A DNA stretch of 42,634 nucleotides from a virus (taxonomy: Duplodnaviria; Caudoviricetes), in the IMG/VR virus record IMGVR_UViG_3300034945_000004, positions 1 through 42,634 of that record; one strand, 5' to 3'. This document shows, piece by piece, positions 24,774 to 34,662 of the stretch (position 1 is its first letter; every line of letters starts with the position of its first letter). A program made the translations under genes and the position numbers. The notes under the pieces were generated by a model. That model searched no databases. It saw nothing but the letters and a program-made list of their open reading frames with translations, and had not been told where the DNA came from.

Positions 24774-25193
24774 TTGATCTTATACGAGGAAGGCGCGACC
24801 CCCACACAGCACGCCGAAGCCCACGACATCCTGAATGCTTTAACCGTCGCCTATCCGGGGCATCCGTGGGCGGTGAGAGTTTATGACGGCGGGTTCTTCA
24901 TCCGGCATCTGGACTTCCCCGCAAATTGGGGGATGAACTGCAAGCTGAAGAATATTTACTCAGCAAGTGAGATGTCCCGGCAGGTCATAAGGATGGCGGG
25001 GGAGTGGCTGGAAAGGGCCGGTCTTAAAAGAGGTATGTGGGACGGGGAATCCTCGAAGTGGGTTGAAGGGGTTCCAAAGAACTACCAACCACCTGAGTCC
25101 AAAGACCCGCTCCCGATGTCGATTGTGCTGGACACGAAGGTTGAGCCTCTACGCACAGAACCGAGGCCGCAAGCACTTAAACAGGAACCTTGA
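24774..25193 (+). CDS. hypothetical protein preceding portal
   Basis: YPGHPWAV...AGEWLERAGLKRG. Confidence 0.7.
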   Translation: MILYEEGATPTQHAEAHDILNALTVAYPGHPWAVRVYDGGFFIRHLDFPANWGMNCKLKNIYSASEMSRQVIRMAGEWLERAGLKRGMWDGESSKWVEGVPKNYQPPESKDPLPMSIVLDTKVEPLRTEPRPQALKQEP

Positions 25194-27559
25194 TGAATTT
25201 TCTCACTCTGGCACAAGAGGCGTATGAAAGCTCCAGTGCTTTCGTAGACGCCAATCACAGGTCGGATTGGGATTATTCCCTCAGAGCCTTTAGGAACGAA
25301 CACGCGCAAGGTTCTAAATACCTCTCCCCTGAGTTTGCTTCACGCTCCAGAATCTTCAGGCCCAAGACTCGCTCCATCATCCGTAAGAACGAGGCCGCTG
25401 CTGCGGTGGCCCTTTTTAGCAACATGGAAGTGGTGGACATTCAACCGGAAAATCCTGACGACGTGATGAACGTCGCGGGGGCGGCGGCGGATAAGGCTTT
25501 GCTTGAATACCGGCTAGGCAGAACGATCCCCGCCTTTCAGGTCTGCATGGGCGGCGTTCAGGACGCTCAGGCTACAGGGGCCGTTGTTTCCTACCAGTAT
25601 TGGGAATACGAGGTCAGGAACAGCAGGAAGATCAAAGACCAACCATGTGTTGAATTAAGGCCCATCGAGAACATCCGCATTGATGGCGGGGCTAATTGGC
25701 TCGACCCGATCAATACGAGTCCTTACTTGTGCGACATCATCCCGATGTACGTCTGCGACGTTCGGGCGATGATGCTGAATAAAGACACAAAGACCGGAAA
25801 ACCCAAGTGGAAGAAGTTCGATGATGCGGTGATTCTTCGTGCGAAACCCGACGTTATGGATTCCACGAAAAAGGCAAGGGACGGAAAGCAAGACCCCGCC
25901 CAGGAACACACCACAATCAAGTCCTTCGACATCGTTTGGGTCATGAGATGGTTCATGAAGGACGACCAGGGCGTAGACCACACCTTTTATACGCTCGGCA
26001 CCGAAGAAATGCTGACGGATGCCAAGCCGATTGAGGAAGTCTACTTCCACGGGAAAAGGCCGTATGTAATGGGTTGTGCGATTCTGGAGACGCACCGGGC
26101 ATACAAGTCCTCGATGCCCACCCTCATCAAGCCCCTCCAGATGGAAACGAACGACATTGCGAACCAGCGTATTGATAATGTCAAGTTCGTCCTGAATAAG
26201 CGATGGATCGTCGCAAGAGGCAGGCAGGTAGACGTACAAAGCCTTGTAAGAAACGTGCCCGGTGGCGTAACCCTTACCACAGACCCGAACACGGACATCA
26301 AGGAATCCAACTGGCCTGACGTTACCAGTTCTTCCTATGCCGAGCAGGACCGGATCAATGCGGATATGGACGATGTTGCGGGTAACTTCAGTCCCGGTAC
26401 GTCCTATGTGAATAAGGCGGTTAAAGACACGCTAGGCGGGGCGAAGTTGGCGACTCAAGGGGCCGGTCTGATGACCGACTATCTCCTGAGAACCATCATC
26501 GAGACGTGGTGGGAGCCGGTGCTTAGACAGCTTCTCCTGCTTGAAAGGCATTACGAAACAGACGAAGTGGTGCTGAGCGTCTGTGCCAAAAATGCAAAGT
26601 TGTTCCAGCGTTTTGGTATTTCGGCGATCAACGACCGGCTTTTGAATCAGGAAGTCAATGTCACCGTCAATGTGGGGATGGGGAGTTCCAATCCTAACGA
26701 GCGGTTCCAGAAGTTGATCGGTGGGACTCAAGCGGTGCTGGCGACGATTCAAAACGCTCCTCCTAACTTCAACGTGATGGAGTTCGTGAAAGAAGCCTAT
26801 TCCAACATGGGCTACCGCAATGGCACAAGGTTCTGGGGTGAAGGCGACCCCAGGCTTGTCAAAGCGATGCAGATGGTCCAGCAGCTTCAACAGGCTTTGC
26901 AAGGTAAGCAAATGGAGATGCAAGCCTCACAACAAGTGGACGCGGCAAAACTCCAAAGCACCGAACGGGTGAAGGCCGCTGAACTTCAGGTTGATTCGTT
27001 CCGGGTCCAAGGAGACTTGAGGATCAGGGAAGCGGAACTTGCTCTGGAGGCCCAAAGGCTTGAACTGGAGAAACTGAAAATACAGTTGGAAATGGCCCAA
27101 GGCCAGGGCGAAGCTGAACTTGCAAAGATGGAGGCTCCTTTCCGGGCGGCTGAGTTGAGGGTTTCGTTAGAGCAAGCGGAGATGAAGTTGGAAGGCGAGC
27201 GGACGAAGTTGATTGGTCTTGCTCAGAAAATCGCCCATGAGACTGAAAAGGCGAAGCTCGATCTTCAGAACACGGAGGTTGAATCCAGCAATGAGGCGCG
27301 GGTATCTCAGGTATCGGATTCCGTGCAAAGCCTGTTGAAAGAGGTTGAGCAGGTAAGGGATGGAATCGGCGGCGCGATGGGGGACATGAAAACGCAGATT
27401 GACTCCCTCAGAGGGGGATTGGGCGCGGTGGCCGGAGTTCTTGCGGCCCCGAAGAAAAAGCCCAAGGGGATCAGTCTGAAGCGCGGTGAGGACAAGAAAA
27501 CAAAAGCGGCGGTCATTGATTACGACGACGGCAGCAAAGAAGAAATCGCGGTGAGCTAA
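25190..27559 (+). CDS. portal protein (P22-like, long C-terminal coiled coil)
   Basis: 789 aa after terL; LIKPLQMETNDIANQRIDNV; Q/E/K-rich helical tail. Confidence 0.88.
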   Translation: MMNFLTLAQEAYESSSAFVDANHRSDWDYSLRAFRNEHAQGSKYLSPEFASRSRIFRPKTRSIIRKNEAAAAVALFSNMEVVDIQPENPDDVMNVAGAAADKALLEYRLGRTIPAFQVCMGGVQDAQATGAVVSYQYWEYEVRNSRKIKDQPCVELRPIENIRIDGGANWLDPINTSPYLCDIIPMYVCDVRAMMLNKDTKTGKPKWKKFDDAVILRAKPDVMDSTKKARDGKQDPAQEHTTIKSFDIVWVMRWFMKDDQGVDHTFYTLGTEEMLTDAKPIEEVYFHGKRPYVMGCAILETHRAYKSSMPTLIKPLQMETNDIANQRIDNVKFVLNKRWIVARGRQVDVQSLVRNVPGGVTLTTDPNTDIKESNWPDVTSSSYAEQDRINADMDDVAGNFSPGTSYVNKAVKDTLGGAKLATQGAGLMTDYLLRTIIETWWEPVLRQLLLLERHYETDEVVLSVCAKNAKLFQRFGISAINDRLLNQEVNVTVNVGMGSSNPNERFQKLIGGTQAVLATIQNAPPNFNVMEFVKEAYSNMGYRNGTRFWGEGDPRLVKAMQMVQQLQQALQGKQMEMQASQQVDAAKLQSTERVKAAELQVDSFRVQGDLRIREAELALEAQRLELEKLKIQLEMAQGQGEAELAKMEAPFRAAELRVSLEQAEMKLEGERTKLIGLAQKIAHETEKAKLDLQNTEVESSNEARVSQVSDSVQSLLKEVEQVRDGIGGAMGDMKTQIDSLRGGLGAVAGVLAAPKKKPKGISLKRGEDKKTKAAVIDYDDGSKEEIAVS

Positions 27560-28491
27560 TGGCTATCACGGTAAACGTAACCCCCCCAACCCTTGCTGAC
27601 GGGACGTTCTCCGCAGCCGGGGCAATTGCTTGGAATGCCGGAATGACCGGCGGCCTCTCCGGCCTGACCGCGAACGCTCTGCTATATGCGAGCGACGGGA
27701 CGACGCTGGAGCAGTCAAGTGGGCTGAAATGGGGGCCGACCGCAGGGCTTGGCTTGCAGATTGCCGCAGGCACCGCCACCACAGACGTAAACGCGCTCAG
27801 CCTGACGCAGACGTGGAACGCGGCAGGAGTGGCGTTCACCGGATTGAAGTTCACGATAACCGACACGGCATCGGCTGCTGGTGCTTTGGCGATGCAGATC
27901 CTCGGCGGGGCGGCGGGGACGACGAATCTGCTGAGTCTCGGGAAAACAGGAAGCCTTACCGCAGGCGCAGAACTGATCGTAGGAACGGCTTCATCGTCTG
28001 ACGGTTTCTTGCTCAAAGGCAGAACGTCATTCCGCTATGTAGCGGAACTGCTTAATGGTGACGGAACCGCAAGATCAGACCTGTACGTTTCATCTTTGCG
28101 GGCAATCGCAACGTCTGCTTCGTATTTGCCCGTGGCATACATCGGAGATGTAGGCTCATCAGTCGGGCGCTTCACGCTCACCGGAAATACAGGCTCGACC
28201 TTCGGCTGGAGCGGAGTGTCTAACGACGCAACGCAGGCGATAGATACCGCCTTCACACGCCTCTCCGCAGGTCTGATCGGCGTAGGCACTGGCGCTGCGG
28301 GGAGCTTCGCCGGCAGCCTCAAGCTCACCAACACGCAGAACGTCGGGTACATACAGGCCGACGAAATGACCGCCCCTGCTGGCGCTGCAAACTCTGCGCG
28401 CCTGTTCACTCAGGACAACGGCGCAGGGAAAACGCAGCTAATGGTCATCTTCGGCAGCGGCGTTGCCCAACAAATTGCAATCGAAGCGTAA
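27559..28491 (+). CDS. G/A/T/S-rich virion fibre-like protein
   Basis: Beta-rich low-charge composition; C-terminal ARLFTQDNGAGKTQLMVIFGSG. Confidence 0.6.
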   Translation: MAITVNVTPPTLADGTFSAAGAIAWNAGMTGGLSGLTANALLYASDGTTLEQSSGLKWGPTAGLGLQIAAGTATTDVNALSLTQTWNAAGVAFTGLKFTITDTASAAGALAMQILGGAAGTTNLLSLGKTGSLTAGAELIVGTASSSDGFLLKGRTSFRYVAELLNGDGTARSDLYVSSLRAIATSASYLPVAYIGDVGSSVGRFTLTGNTGSTFGWSGVSNDATQAIDTAFTRLSAGLIGVGTGAAGSFAGSLKLTNTQNVGYIQADEMTAPAGAANSARLFTQDNGAGKTQLMVIFGSGVAQQIAIEA

Positions 28492-28500
28492 GGATAAATC

Positions 28501-28737
28501 ATGCCCTCCCTCACCATTACCTACTCAACAGAAAACGCCCAGCGTTTCGCCGCCGCTCTCGGCAAGGCGCACGGACTCATGGACACGCGAGACCCTCCGC
28601 AGCCGCGAGCAGCGACCGGAGCGGAGTGCAAGGCGTGGCTGATCGGCCGCGCCCGCCAGTTGATCGTGGACGTTGAGGGCTCGCGGCTTGAACGCGAGCG
28701 TGGCCCGGTTGTTGTGCCTGACGTGGAGATGACATGA
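28501..28737 (+). CDS. hypothetical protein (fibre-associated?)
   Basis: AAGGA RBS; follows the fibre-like gene. Confidence 0.6.
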   Translation: MPSLTITYSTENAQRFAAALGKAHGLMDTRDPPQPRAATGAECKAWLIGRARQLIVDVEGSRLERERGPVVVPDVEMT

Positions 28738-28880
28738 CCGAGCCCGTGAACGAAGTCAACATCGCCCAAGTGCTGCAAATCCTCGGCGCGAAAGAGGTTG
28801 AGATTCAGGTGCAGCGGGCGCAGATCGCGCAGTTGCAGGCCCAAGTCGCCGCCCTCTCGCCCCCGGAGATGCCCGCGTAA
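28734..28880 (+). CDS. small coiled-coil protein (48 aa)
   Basis: Coupled at both ends; ILGAKEVEIQVQRAQIAQLQAQVAAL. Confidence 0.55.
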   Translation: MTEPVNEVNIAQVLQILGAKEVEIQVQRAQIAQLQAQVAALSPPEMPA

Positions 28881-29257
28881 TGGACGACCGCCGCCCCCTG
28901 ACGTGGCGCGACCATCTGGCCGATGATCGACTCTATCGGAGGCCCGCGCTGCTGCTGAGCGCGATCGTGGTCGTGCTGCTCATGGTGGGCTGCGCTGGGA
29001 CGCCATTCATTCAAGAGCCGCAGTCCGGGATTCTCTGCACCGACGTTCAGTTCGTACCGGAGTCGGAAATCCCGCTGCACTGCCCTCCCGGCACGCTGGC
29101 CTGCGCCACGGTTGGCGATGGCAAATCACTCCAGCGCATCTACACCACCAAGCCTCGCGGGTGGGACGACCACGAGCGCATCCTGCACCTGGGACACGAG
29201 GTGCTGCACAACCTGGGGGCCACGCACGGCTCCCCTGTGACGGGGGCGATGAGGTGA
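28880..29257 (+). CDS. putative lipoprotein with HExxH zincin motif
   Basis: Hydrophobic run ending LMVG-C (lipobox-like); LGHEVLHNLGATH. Confidence 0.65.
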   Translation: MDDRRPLTWRDHLADDRLYRRPALLLSAIVVVLLMVGCAGTPFIQEPQSGILCTDVQFVPESEIPLHCPPGTLACATVGDGKSLQRIYTTKPRGWDDHERILHLGHEVLHNLGATHGSPVTGAMR

Positions 29258-29258
29258 G

Positions 29259-29540
29259 ATGGGTAATTTCTTCGGTGGGACATTCTTCGGTGGCGGGTTC
29301 TTCGGAGAGATAAGCCAAGAGCAGGGAGGGGGTGGCGGCAGGAAGCGTCCCAGTTTAAAGAAACAGAAATCAAAGGTTATCCGCTGGGCTGACTTTGCCC
29401 ACCAGGAAGAACGGGCCGAAGCCTTGGCAAAGGTTCTGGCCGAAACCGCAATACCGATCAGGATTATTGATGAGGACCCGTTCTCAGATGAGGACGAGGC
29501 CATTATTCACGCGCTGCTTCTCTCAAGGGTCCTTCATTGA
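29259..29540 (+). CDS. hypothetical head-module protein
   Basis: FFGG repeats, poly-G, DEDEAIIHALLL. Confidence 0.6.
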   Translation: MGNFFGGTFFGGGFFGEISQEQGGGGGRKRPSLKKQKSKVIRWADFAHQEERAEALAKVLAETAIPIRIIDEDPFSDEDEAIIHALLLSRVLH

Positions 29541-29818
29541 AGCTGGATGAACTGGTAGCAGAAGCCGAACTAGGCGACGAAGCCAAGAGCTTCCTTGAGG
29601 GAAATTTGGGAAAGTTTCTTAAAGGCGTGGCGGATCAGGAAATCAGGATTGTGCAGGACTTGCTTCTAAAGGCGGACCCGGAGAACACAATCGCTATTCG
29701 GGAACTGCAAAACAGGGCCTTTCGCTGGCAGATGTTCGTTGAACTGCTGGAGGGTCTTGTAAATACCGGCAACCAGGCGATTGAGATATTCAAACAGCAG
29801 ACAGAACAGGAGAGCTAA
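29537..29818 (+). CDS. small helical protein preceding scaffold
   Basis: LGDEAKSFLEGNLGKFL...GNQA; typical position in P22-like head modules. Confidence 0.7.
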   Translation: MKLDELVAEAELGDEAKSFLEGNLGKFLKGVADQEIRIVQDLLLKADPENTIAIRELQNRAFRWQMFVELLEGLVNTGNQAIEIFKQQTEQES

Positions 29819-30894
29819 TGGGGCGTCGTAGCAATGCCGCGATTGCGGCTGCGGAGCAGGCCAGTGAAGCTGCCCGCGTACTTCAGGCAAGGGGTCAACA
29901 AGGCAAGGCCGAGGTTCAGACCGAATCCGAGCCGGAGGCGAAGAAGGAATCTCCAGACTTTCTCAAATCCATTCCTCGCGGGAATCAGGATCAGATCCGC
30001 ATCAGGGAGCAGATTCGAGAGAACCGTGGAGAGCCAAAAGACGAGGCCCCCAAAGAGCCTGAGAAGCCCGCAGAGAAGCCCGCCGAGGCCGATGCCCCCA
30101 AGGTAGAGGAAGCCGCCCCGGACGCGCCCAAAGCCCTAGAAACGGCTCCTGAAGCCCCTCCCGCGCCGAAGATGGTCAAGGCCAAGGTAGACGGGGAGGA
30201 ATTTGAGGTCTCGGAAACCGAAGTCGAGGAATACGGTGGGCTTAAAGCCTTCCAGATGACTAAGGCGGCGGAACGCAGGTTTAAGGAAGCTAAAGAGCAG
30301 ACGAAGCAAATGCAGGAGTTGATGGCGCAGATGGTCAAGCAACAGACCCCTGCCCAGCCCACACAGACCGAGGATCAATTCATCCAATCCAAGGTGGACA
30401 CGATCCGCTTTGGCACGCCGGAGGAATCCGCCGCAGCACTAAAGGAGGTTCTTTCCCGGCAGAGGATTGACCCCAATCAGATCATCGAACAGGCGACTGA
30501 AAAGATGCGGCACGACCAAGCCGTAGCCGAGTTCGATAAAGACTTTCCCGACATTGCCACGAACCAGATTCTCCTAAAGACCGCCCTTGTGCTGAGAAAC
30601 GAAGGCGTTCAGCTTGCCCGTCAAAAAGGCGAGCGGGTGAATTGGGTCGAGTTCTACCGTGGCATCGGAAACCAGATTCGCGGTGCGTTACCGAGGCAAC
30701 ACCAGCCCGTAACGTCCGCACCAGCCGAGGGCACTACCAGCCCACAGGCCGACAAGGAAGCGCGTAAGGCTTCCATCAGCGAGCCTCCCAAGGCAGCGGC
30801 GGCGAGAGCCGAAGCGCCAGCGGAGCCCAAAGAAGAAACGAGGGAAGAGAGCCTGCGTCGTATGAAGAAGGCACGGGGGCTTCCCACTGAATAG
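29818..30894 (+). CDS. capsid scaffolding protein
   Basis: E/P/K/A-rich; KAKVDGEEFEV; immediately before capsid gene. Confidence 0.8.
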   Translation: MGRRSNAAIAAAEQASEAARVLQARGQQGKAEVQTESEPEAKKESPDFLKSIPRGNQDQIRIREQIRENRGEPKDEAPKEPEKPAEKPAEADAPKVEEAAPDAPKALETAPEAPPAPKMVKAKVDGEEFEVSETEVEEYGGLKAFQMTKAAERRFKEAKEQTKQMQELMAQMVKQQTPAQPTQTEDQFIQSKVDTIRFGTPEESAAALKEVLSRQRIDPNQIIEQATEKMRHDQAVAEFDKDFPDIATNQILLKTALVLRNEGVQLARQKGERVNWVEFYRGIGNQIRGALPRQHQPVTSAPAEGTTSPQADKEARKASISEPPKAAAARAEAPAEPKEETREESLRRMKKARGLPTE

Positions 30895-30905
30895 AAAGAA
30901 TAACA

Positions 30906-31898
30906 ATGGCTGGACAAGTTTGGTTGACCAACAGCTTGGGGGGCTTTTACTACAGCCTTAACCTGAGCAAGGAACTCCGCATGGGCGTGCAAGCGACCTC
31001 GAAGTTCCGCCAATTCGCAGATGTGCGCGATGCGTTTGGCAAAGTTACCCGCGCAGGGCAGACCTTCACCTGGGATACCGTCCCGATGATGGCCCGTGCA
31101 AACCGTTCGCTTTCGGAGACGAACACCATCCCGCAAGGCAACCATACGGTTTATCAGGGCACTCTCACGATGAGCGAGCGTGGCTTTAGCGTTCCGTACA
31201 CGGAAATGCTGGAGTCGATGTCTCAGTTCGCCGTGAAGCAGCCGATCATGAAGGTGCTGAAGTACGACGCGATGTGCGACATTGACTGCTTGGTACACCA
31301 GCAGTTCAACAAGACGCCGCTGCGTGTTTCGGCAACCGCCAGTGCGGACGGCGTGAATCTCACGACCAACAGCACGGCGACCCTGACTGTTTCCGCGAAT
31401 ATGTCGAAGATTAACGTTCGTTCTATCGTTGACACGATGAAGGAACGCAACGTCCCGATGTATACCGAGAGCAGCTACTTTGCGATTGCCCGTCCCAACG
31501 GCCTTCGCGGGCTGAAGAACGACCTGGAATCCATCCACCAATACACCGAGACTGGTCTTGAGATGATCATGAACGGTGAAATCGGTCGGTATGAGGACAC
31601 CAGGTTCGTTGAGCAGACCGTGGTTCCGAAGGGTGGCGCTGCGAACTCGACCACGTTCGACCCGTTCACCGATACGGCGGATGCGTGGGATACGGCGGGT
31701 GACTGGGTGTTCTTCTTTGGCGCGGATACCGTGTGTGAAGCGGTCCATACCGAGGAAGAAATCCGGGCGAAGATTGCCGATGACTACGGGCGTTCCAAGG
31801 GTATTGCCTGGTACGGACTACTCGGCTACGGGATAACCCATAACGACAGCGGGAACGTCGGTCAAGGGCGCATCTTCAAGTTCGACTCGGCGGTTTAA
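30906..31898 (+). CDS. major capsid protein (N4 gp56-like HK97 fold)
   Basis: KFRQFA, LSETNTIP, NGEIGRYEDTRFVE, DYGRSKGIAWYGLLGYG. Confidence 0.9.
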   Translation: MAGQVWLTNSLGGFYYSLNLSKELRMGVQATSKFRQFADVRDAFGKVTRAGQTFTWDTVPMMARANRSLSETNTIPQGNHTVYQGTLTMSERGFSVPYTEMLESMSQFAVKQPIMKVLKYDAMCDIDCLVHQQFNKTPLRVSATASADGVNLTTNSTATLTVSANMSKINVRSIVDTMKERNVPMYTESSYFAIARPNGLRGLKNDLESIHQYTETGLEMIMNGEIGRYEDTRFVEQTVVPKGGAANSTTFDPFTDTADAWDTAGDWVFFFGADTVCEAVHTEEEIRAKIADDYGRSKGIAWYGLLGYGITHNDSGNVGQGRIFKFDSAV

Positions 31899-32034
31899 TC
31901 CGCGAGCGGGTCTGCTCCGCGAGTAGAGATTTACGTCCGGGAGAGACCCCAGGACGCTAACAACAATGGTGGCCTACCCCACTACAAGCAGTTATTGAAC
32001 GCGCTCGGGAGGCGGGCGCTTTTGGAGAATAGAA

Positions 32035-32451
32035 ATGGCATACGCAGCGAGTTTCCAGTACGACCATCCGAACTACACCTTGATCCGCCAATCCGTTCAC
32101 TCGGCGGCCACGACTACGGCGACGGCAAACCAACCTGGTTTGACGTTCCGTTCCCGCGTGGCCTGCGTGGTGACTGGCATTTCCGCGATCCTGGGCGGTA
32201 CGGTTTCGACCACAACCCTGGTTATCACTCTCCTGTTCAATGGCTCCGTTGCGGCGCTCTTGACTCTGGAGGAGTCGATCAATGAGTTTGTGGGCACGTT
32301 CACCATGGCCGCCAACCGCACGCTTACCAGCCTGACCGACCGCTACGAGGTCGGTGTGGGTGCTGGTGCGTCGGCCCCGCAGATCACGGTGGTCTATGAG
32401 TACCGGATTGTTCCGGGGGCGACCTTCAGCCTTGCGGCGCAACTGACCTAA
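32035..32451 (+). CDS. putative capsid decoration protein
   Basis: Thr-rich beta protein directly after capsid, before a strong terminator. Confidence 0.6.
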   Translation: MAYAASFQYDHPNYTLIRQSVHSAATTTATANQPGLTFRSRVACVVTGISAILGGTVSTTTLVITLLFNGSVAALLTLEESINEFVGTFTMAANRTLTSLTDRYEVGVGAGASAPQITVVYEYRIVPGATFSLAAQLT

Positions 32452-32474
32452 GCATCAATACTCTGGAGACAGAC

Positions 32475-32501
32475 AGGCGGGGGAAGCGCCCGCCTTTTTT
32501 T
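32475..32501 (+). terminator. intrinsic terminator after capsid/decoration genes
   Basis: AGGCGGG/CCCGCCT stem + T run. Confidence 0.8.
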
Positions 32502-32509
32502 ATGGAGGT

Positions 32510-34003
32510 TTGGTGGAGCAAGCGGGCGCAAGGGTGTACGCGCAGGTAACAAGGCCGGTGGACGAGCAGGAACTGGCCAAGTGGTATCAGGAACACGGTC
32601 TCACTCCGGACAAAGACGGAATGTTTGCAGAGATGCCCTACGGGGCGGCTCCGGTGACAAGGGACGATATTCTGAAGCAGGTTGCGGAGAACGCGCTACG
32701 GCGTGATGTCCCCAACCTTCACCCGAGGGAATACACACCGAAGATCATGGTCTATGTAGGCGGTGGGCCAACGATCCGGCATTTCCTTGAGGACATAAAA
32801 GCTAAGTGTGAGGATGATAAATACGACGTTTACACCTCCAACCAGACGTGCAGGTTTCTCCTTGCTAAAGGCATCAAGCCCAATTTCCACCTCATTCTTG
32901 ATCCGACCGAGAAGAAGGTGAAGGACTTGGATTATCAGGAGGACGTTCCCCTGATTCTCGGGCTTCAGTGCCACCCTAAACTCTTTGAGCGGGCGAAGGA
33001 AAAGGGCGTTCAGGTTCACAAGTTTCTCGCAGCTTCTATTACGGGCGAGAGCGGGAAGTCGGACAAGGACGCAGCTCAAGCCGCGATGACCCGAGAAGAC
33101 CCCATGCTGATGGGCATAGGCGGGGGGTCGATGTGCGGGACGAGGATGATTTACTACGCCGTCGCAATGGGATACAGGCGGCTTGAGTATTACGGCATGG
33201 ATGGCTCGGTGGAGATGAAGGACGGTGGGGTAGTTAATTGCTACGCCTACACCAAGCCCCGGGGCGAAAACATCCTTGAGACCGAAACCGGGAACGGCAG
33301 GAAGTTCTATACCACCATGTCTCTTGCGAGGCAGGGGGAAGAACTTGTAACCCTGCTCGACCTGATGCCCGGTCTGGGCGTTGAAATTTACGGTGATTCC
33401 CTGATGGCGAATCAGTTGGAGATTTACCGGGATCTGAGGAAGGGCGGGAACTACTGCATCACGCCGGCATACATGGCGATGCAGCAGCAGATGCACACGG
33501 ACCACGGGCAGAAGTACGGGAGTACGGGAAGCAAGCACGCCCCGAGAGTCTTCATGGGTGCGGCGCAGATCGTGAGGAAGTACGGGAAGTGCCGGGTGCT
33601 GGATTACGGGGCGGGTAAGGGCGTTTTGACCAGGGCGATTCTGGAAGCCTTCCCCGAAGTCTCGGGAATCACGTACCACGAATACGACCCCGGCATTCCG
33701 GGTCTGGACGCTCCTCCCGGCCCTGCTGAACTGGTGTTCTGCGGGGACGTGATGGAACACGTCGAGCCTGAATGTGTTGATACGGTCCTGAGACACATCC
33801 ACGACCTGACTGGGAAGATTGCGATATTCGTGATCTCGACCAGGGCGGCGGGTAAGACTCTACCGGATGGAAGAAACGCCCACATCAGCCTGCACGGGCC
33901 GGATTGGTGGCGGTCTTACCTGAAGAAGTATTTTGTGCTGGCAGAGAACTACTTTGATCCCGTCAATCAGGAATTGCTTGCGGTGTGCGCTCATTTCCCA
34001 TGA
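32510..34003 (+). CDS. Maf/DUF115 (MptE-like) putative glycosyltransferase fused to class I SAM methyltransferase
   Basis: VGGGPTI...N....L...GIKP......DP...GGGSMCGTR....AMGYRRLEYYGMDGS; C-terminal VLDYGAGKG, YDPG, DVMEHVEP, LPDGRNAHISL. Confidence 0.75.
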   Translation: MVEQAGARVYAQVTRPVDEQELAKWYQEHGLTPDKDGMFAEMPYGAAPVTRDDILKQVAENALRRDVPNLHPREYTPKIMVYVGGGPTIRHFLEDIKAKCEDDKYDVYTSNQTCRFLLAKGIKPNFHLILDPTEKKVKDLDYQEDVPLILGLQCHPKLFERAKEKGVQVHKFLAASITGESGKSDKDAAQAAMTREDPMLMGIGGGSMCGTRMIYYAVAMGYRRLEYYGMDGSVEMKDGGVVNCYAYTKPRGENILETETGNGRKFYTTMSLARQGEELVTLLDLMPGLGVEIYGDSLMANQLEIYRDLRKGGNYCITPAYMAMQQQMHTDHGQKYGSTGSKHAPRVFMGAAQIVRKYGKCRVLDYGAGKGVLTRAILEAFPEVSGITYHEYDPGIPGLDAPPGPAELVFCGDVMEHVEPECVDTVLRHIHDLTGKIAIFVISTRAAGKTLPDGRNAHISLHGPDWWRSYLKKYFVLAENYFDPVNQELLAVCAHFP

Positions 34004-34662
34004 GGGCAATCGCGTTTGCGTATTCGGAGTGCATCCCGAGGCTTGCCCCTATCTACAGGGGGATTGCCGAGGATTTGGTGAAGAACGTCAACGAGGTCAT
34101 GCCGGGAGTCCCGGTCTTTCACCTGACGGACGAAAAGACGGAGCCGGTAGCGGGAGCGGAAGCGGTGGTGGTACCGATGGACGCGCCGCTGATGACCTGG
34201 AGACTTAAAGCGCATAGGGCGGGGATGGATTTGGCAAGCGAAGTCCTCTTTACCGAGCCTGACGTGCGGTTCAAGTCGGAAGTACTTCATGTGTTCGATG
34301 AGGATTTTGATGTTGCGGTAACGGACAGGGAAGTTGATTCCGATTGGGAGTTGAACGGCGAGACGGTAAGACTCTCGAAGGTTGCCCACTACACGCTCGG
34401 CACGACGTTCTCCAGGTCAAAGATGTTTTGGGACGACTGCGTAACCAGTTGTGAGGTTTTGGGCAAGAGGGAGCAGAACTGGCTTGGGGATATGTTGGCC
34501 CTTGCAGGAGTGATTGGGACGGGGCTTTACAAGGTGAAGGTTCTGCCCGGCCCCATCTACAACCACGTCCCCTGTGATCGTGAAGACTCGTGCGAGTGCA
34601 AGGTTCTGCACTTCAAGGGAATGCGCAAGGAATGGCTGTTTCCGGGGTTGGTGGAAGCATGA
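34000..34662 (+). CDS. GT-A fold glycosyltransferase-like protein
   Basis: HLTD, VLFTEPDV (DxD position), FDVAVTDR, W.GD..AL, LPGPIYN, VLHFKG.RK. Confidence 0.7.
   Translation: MRAIAFAYSECIPRLAPIYRGIAEDLVKNVNEVMPGVPVFHLTDEKTEPVAGAEAVVVPMDAPLMTWRLKAHRAGMDLASEVLFTEPDVRFKSEVLHVFDEDFDVAVTDREVDSDWELNGETVRLSKVAHYTLGTTFSRSKMFWDDCVTSCEVLGKREQNWLGDMLALAGVIGTGLYKVKVLPGPIYNHVPCDREDSCECKVLHFKGMRKEWLFPGLVEA

Noticed and set aside
30654-33802. 364-aa and 368-aa antisense ORFs over the capsid and Maf-like genes
   Set aside because: Antisense shadows of well-supported genes; no RBS or recognisable domain.
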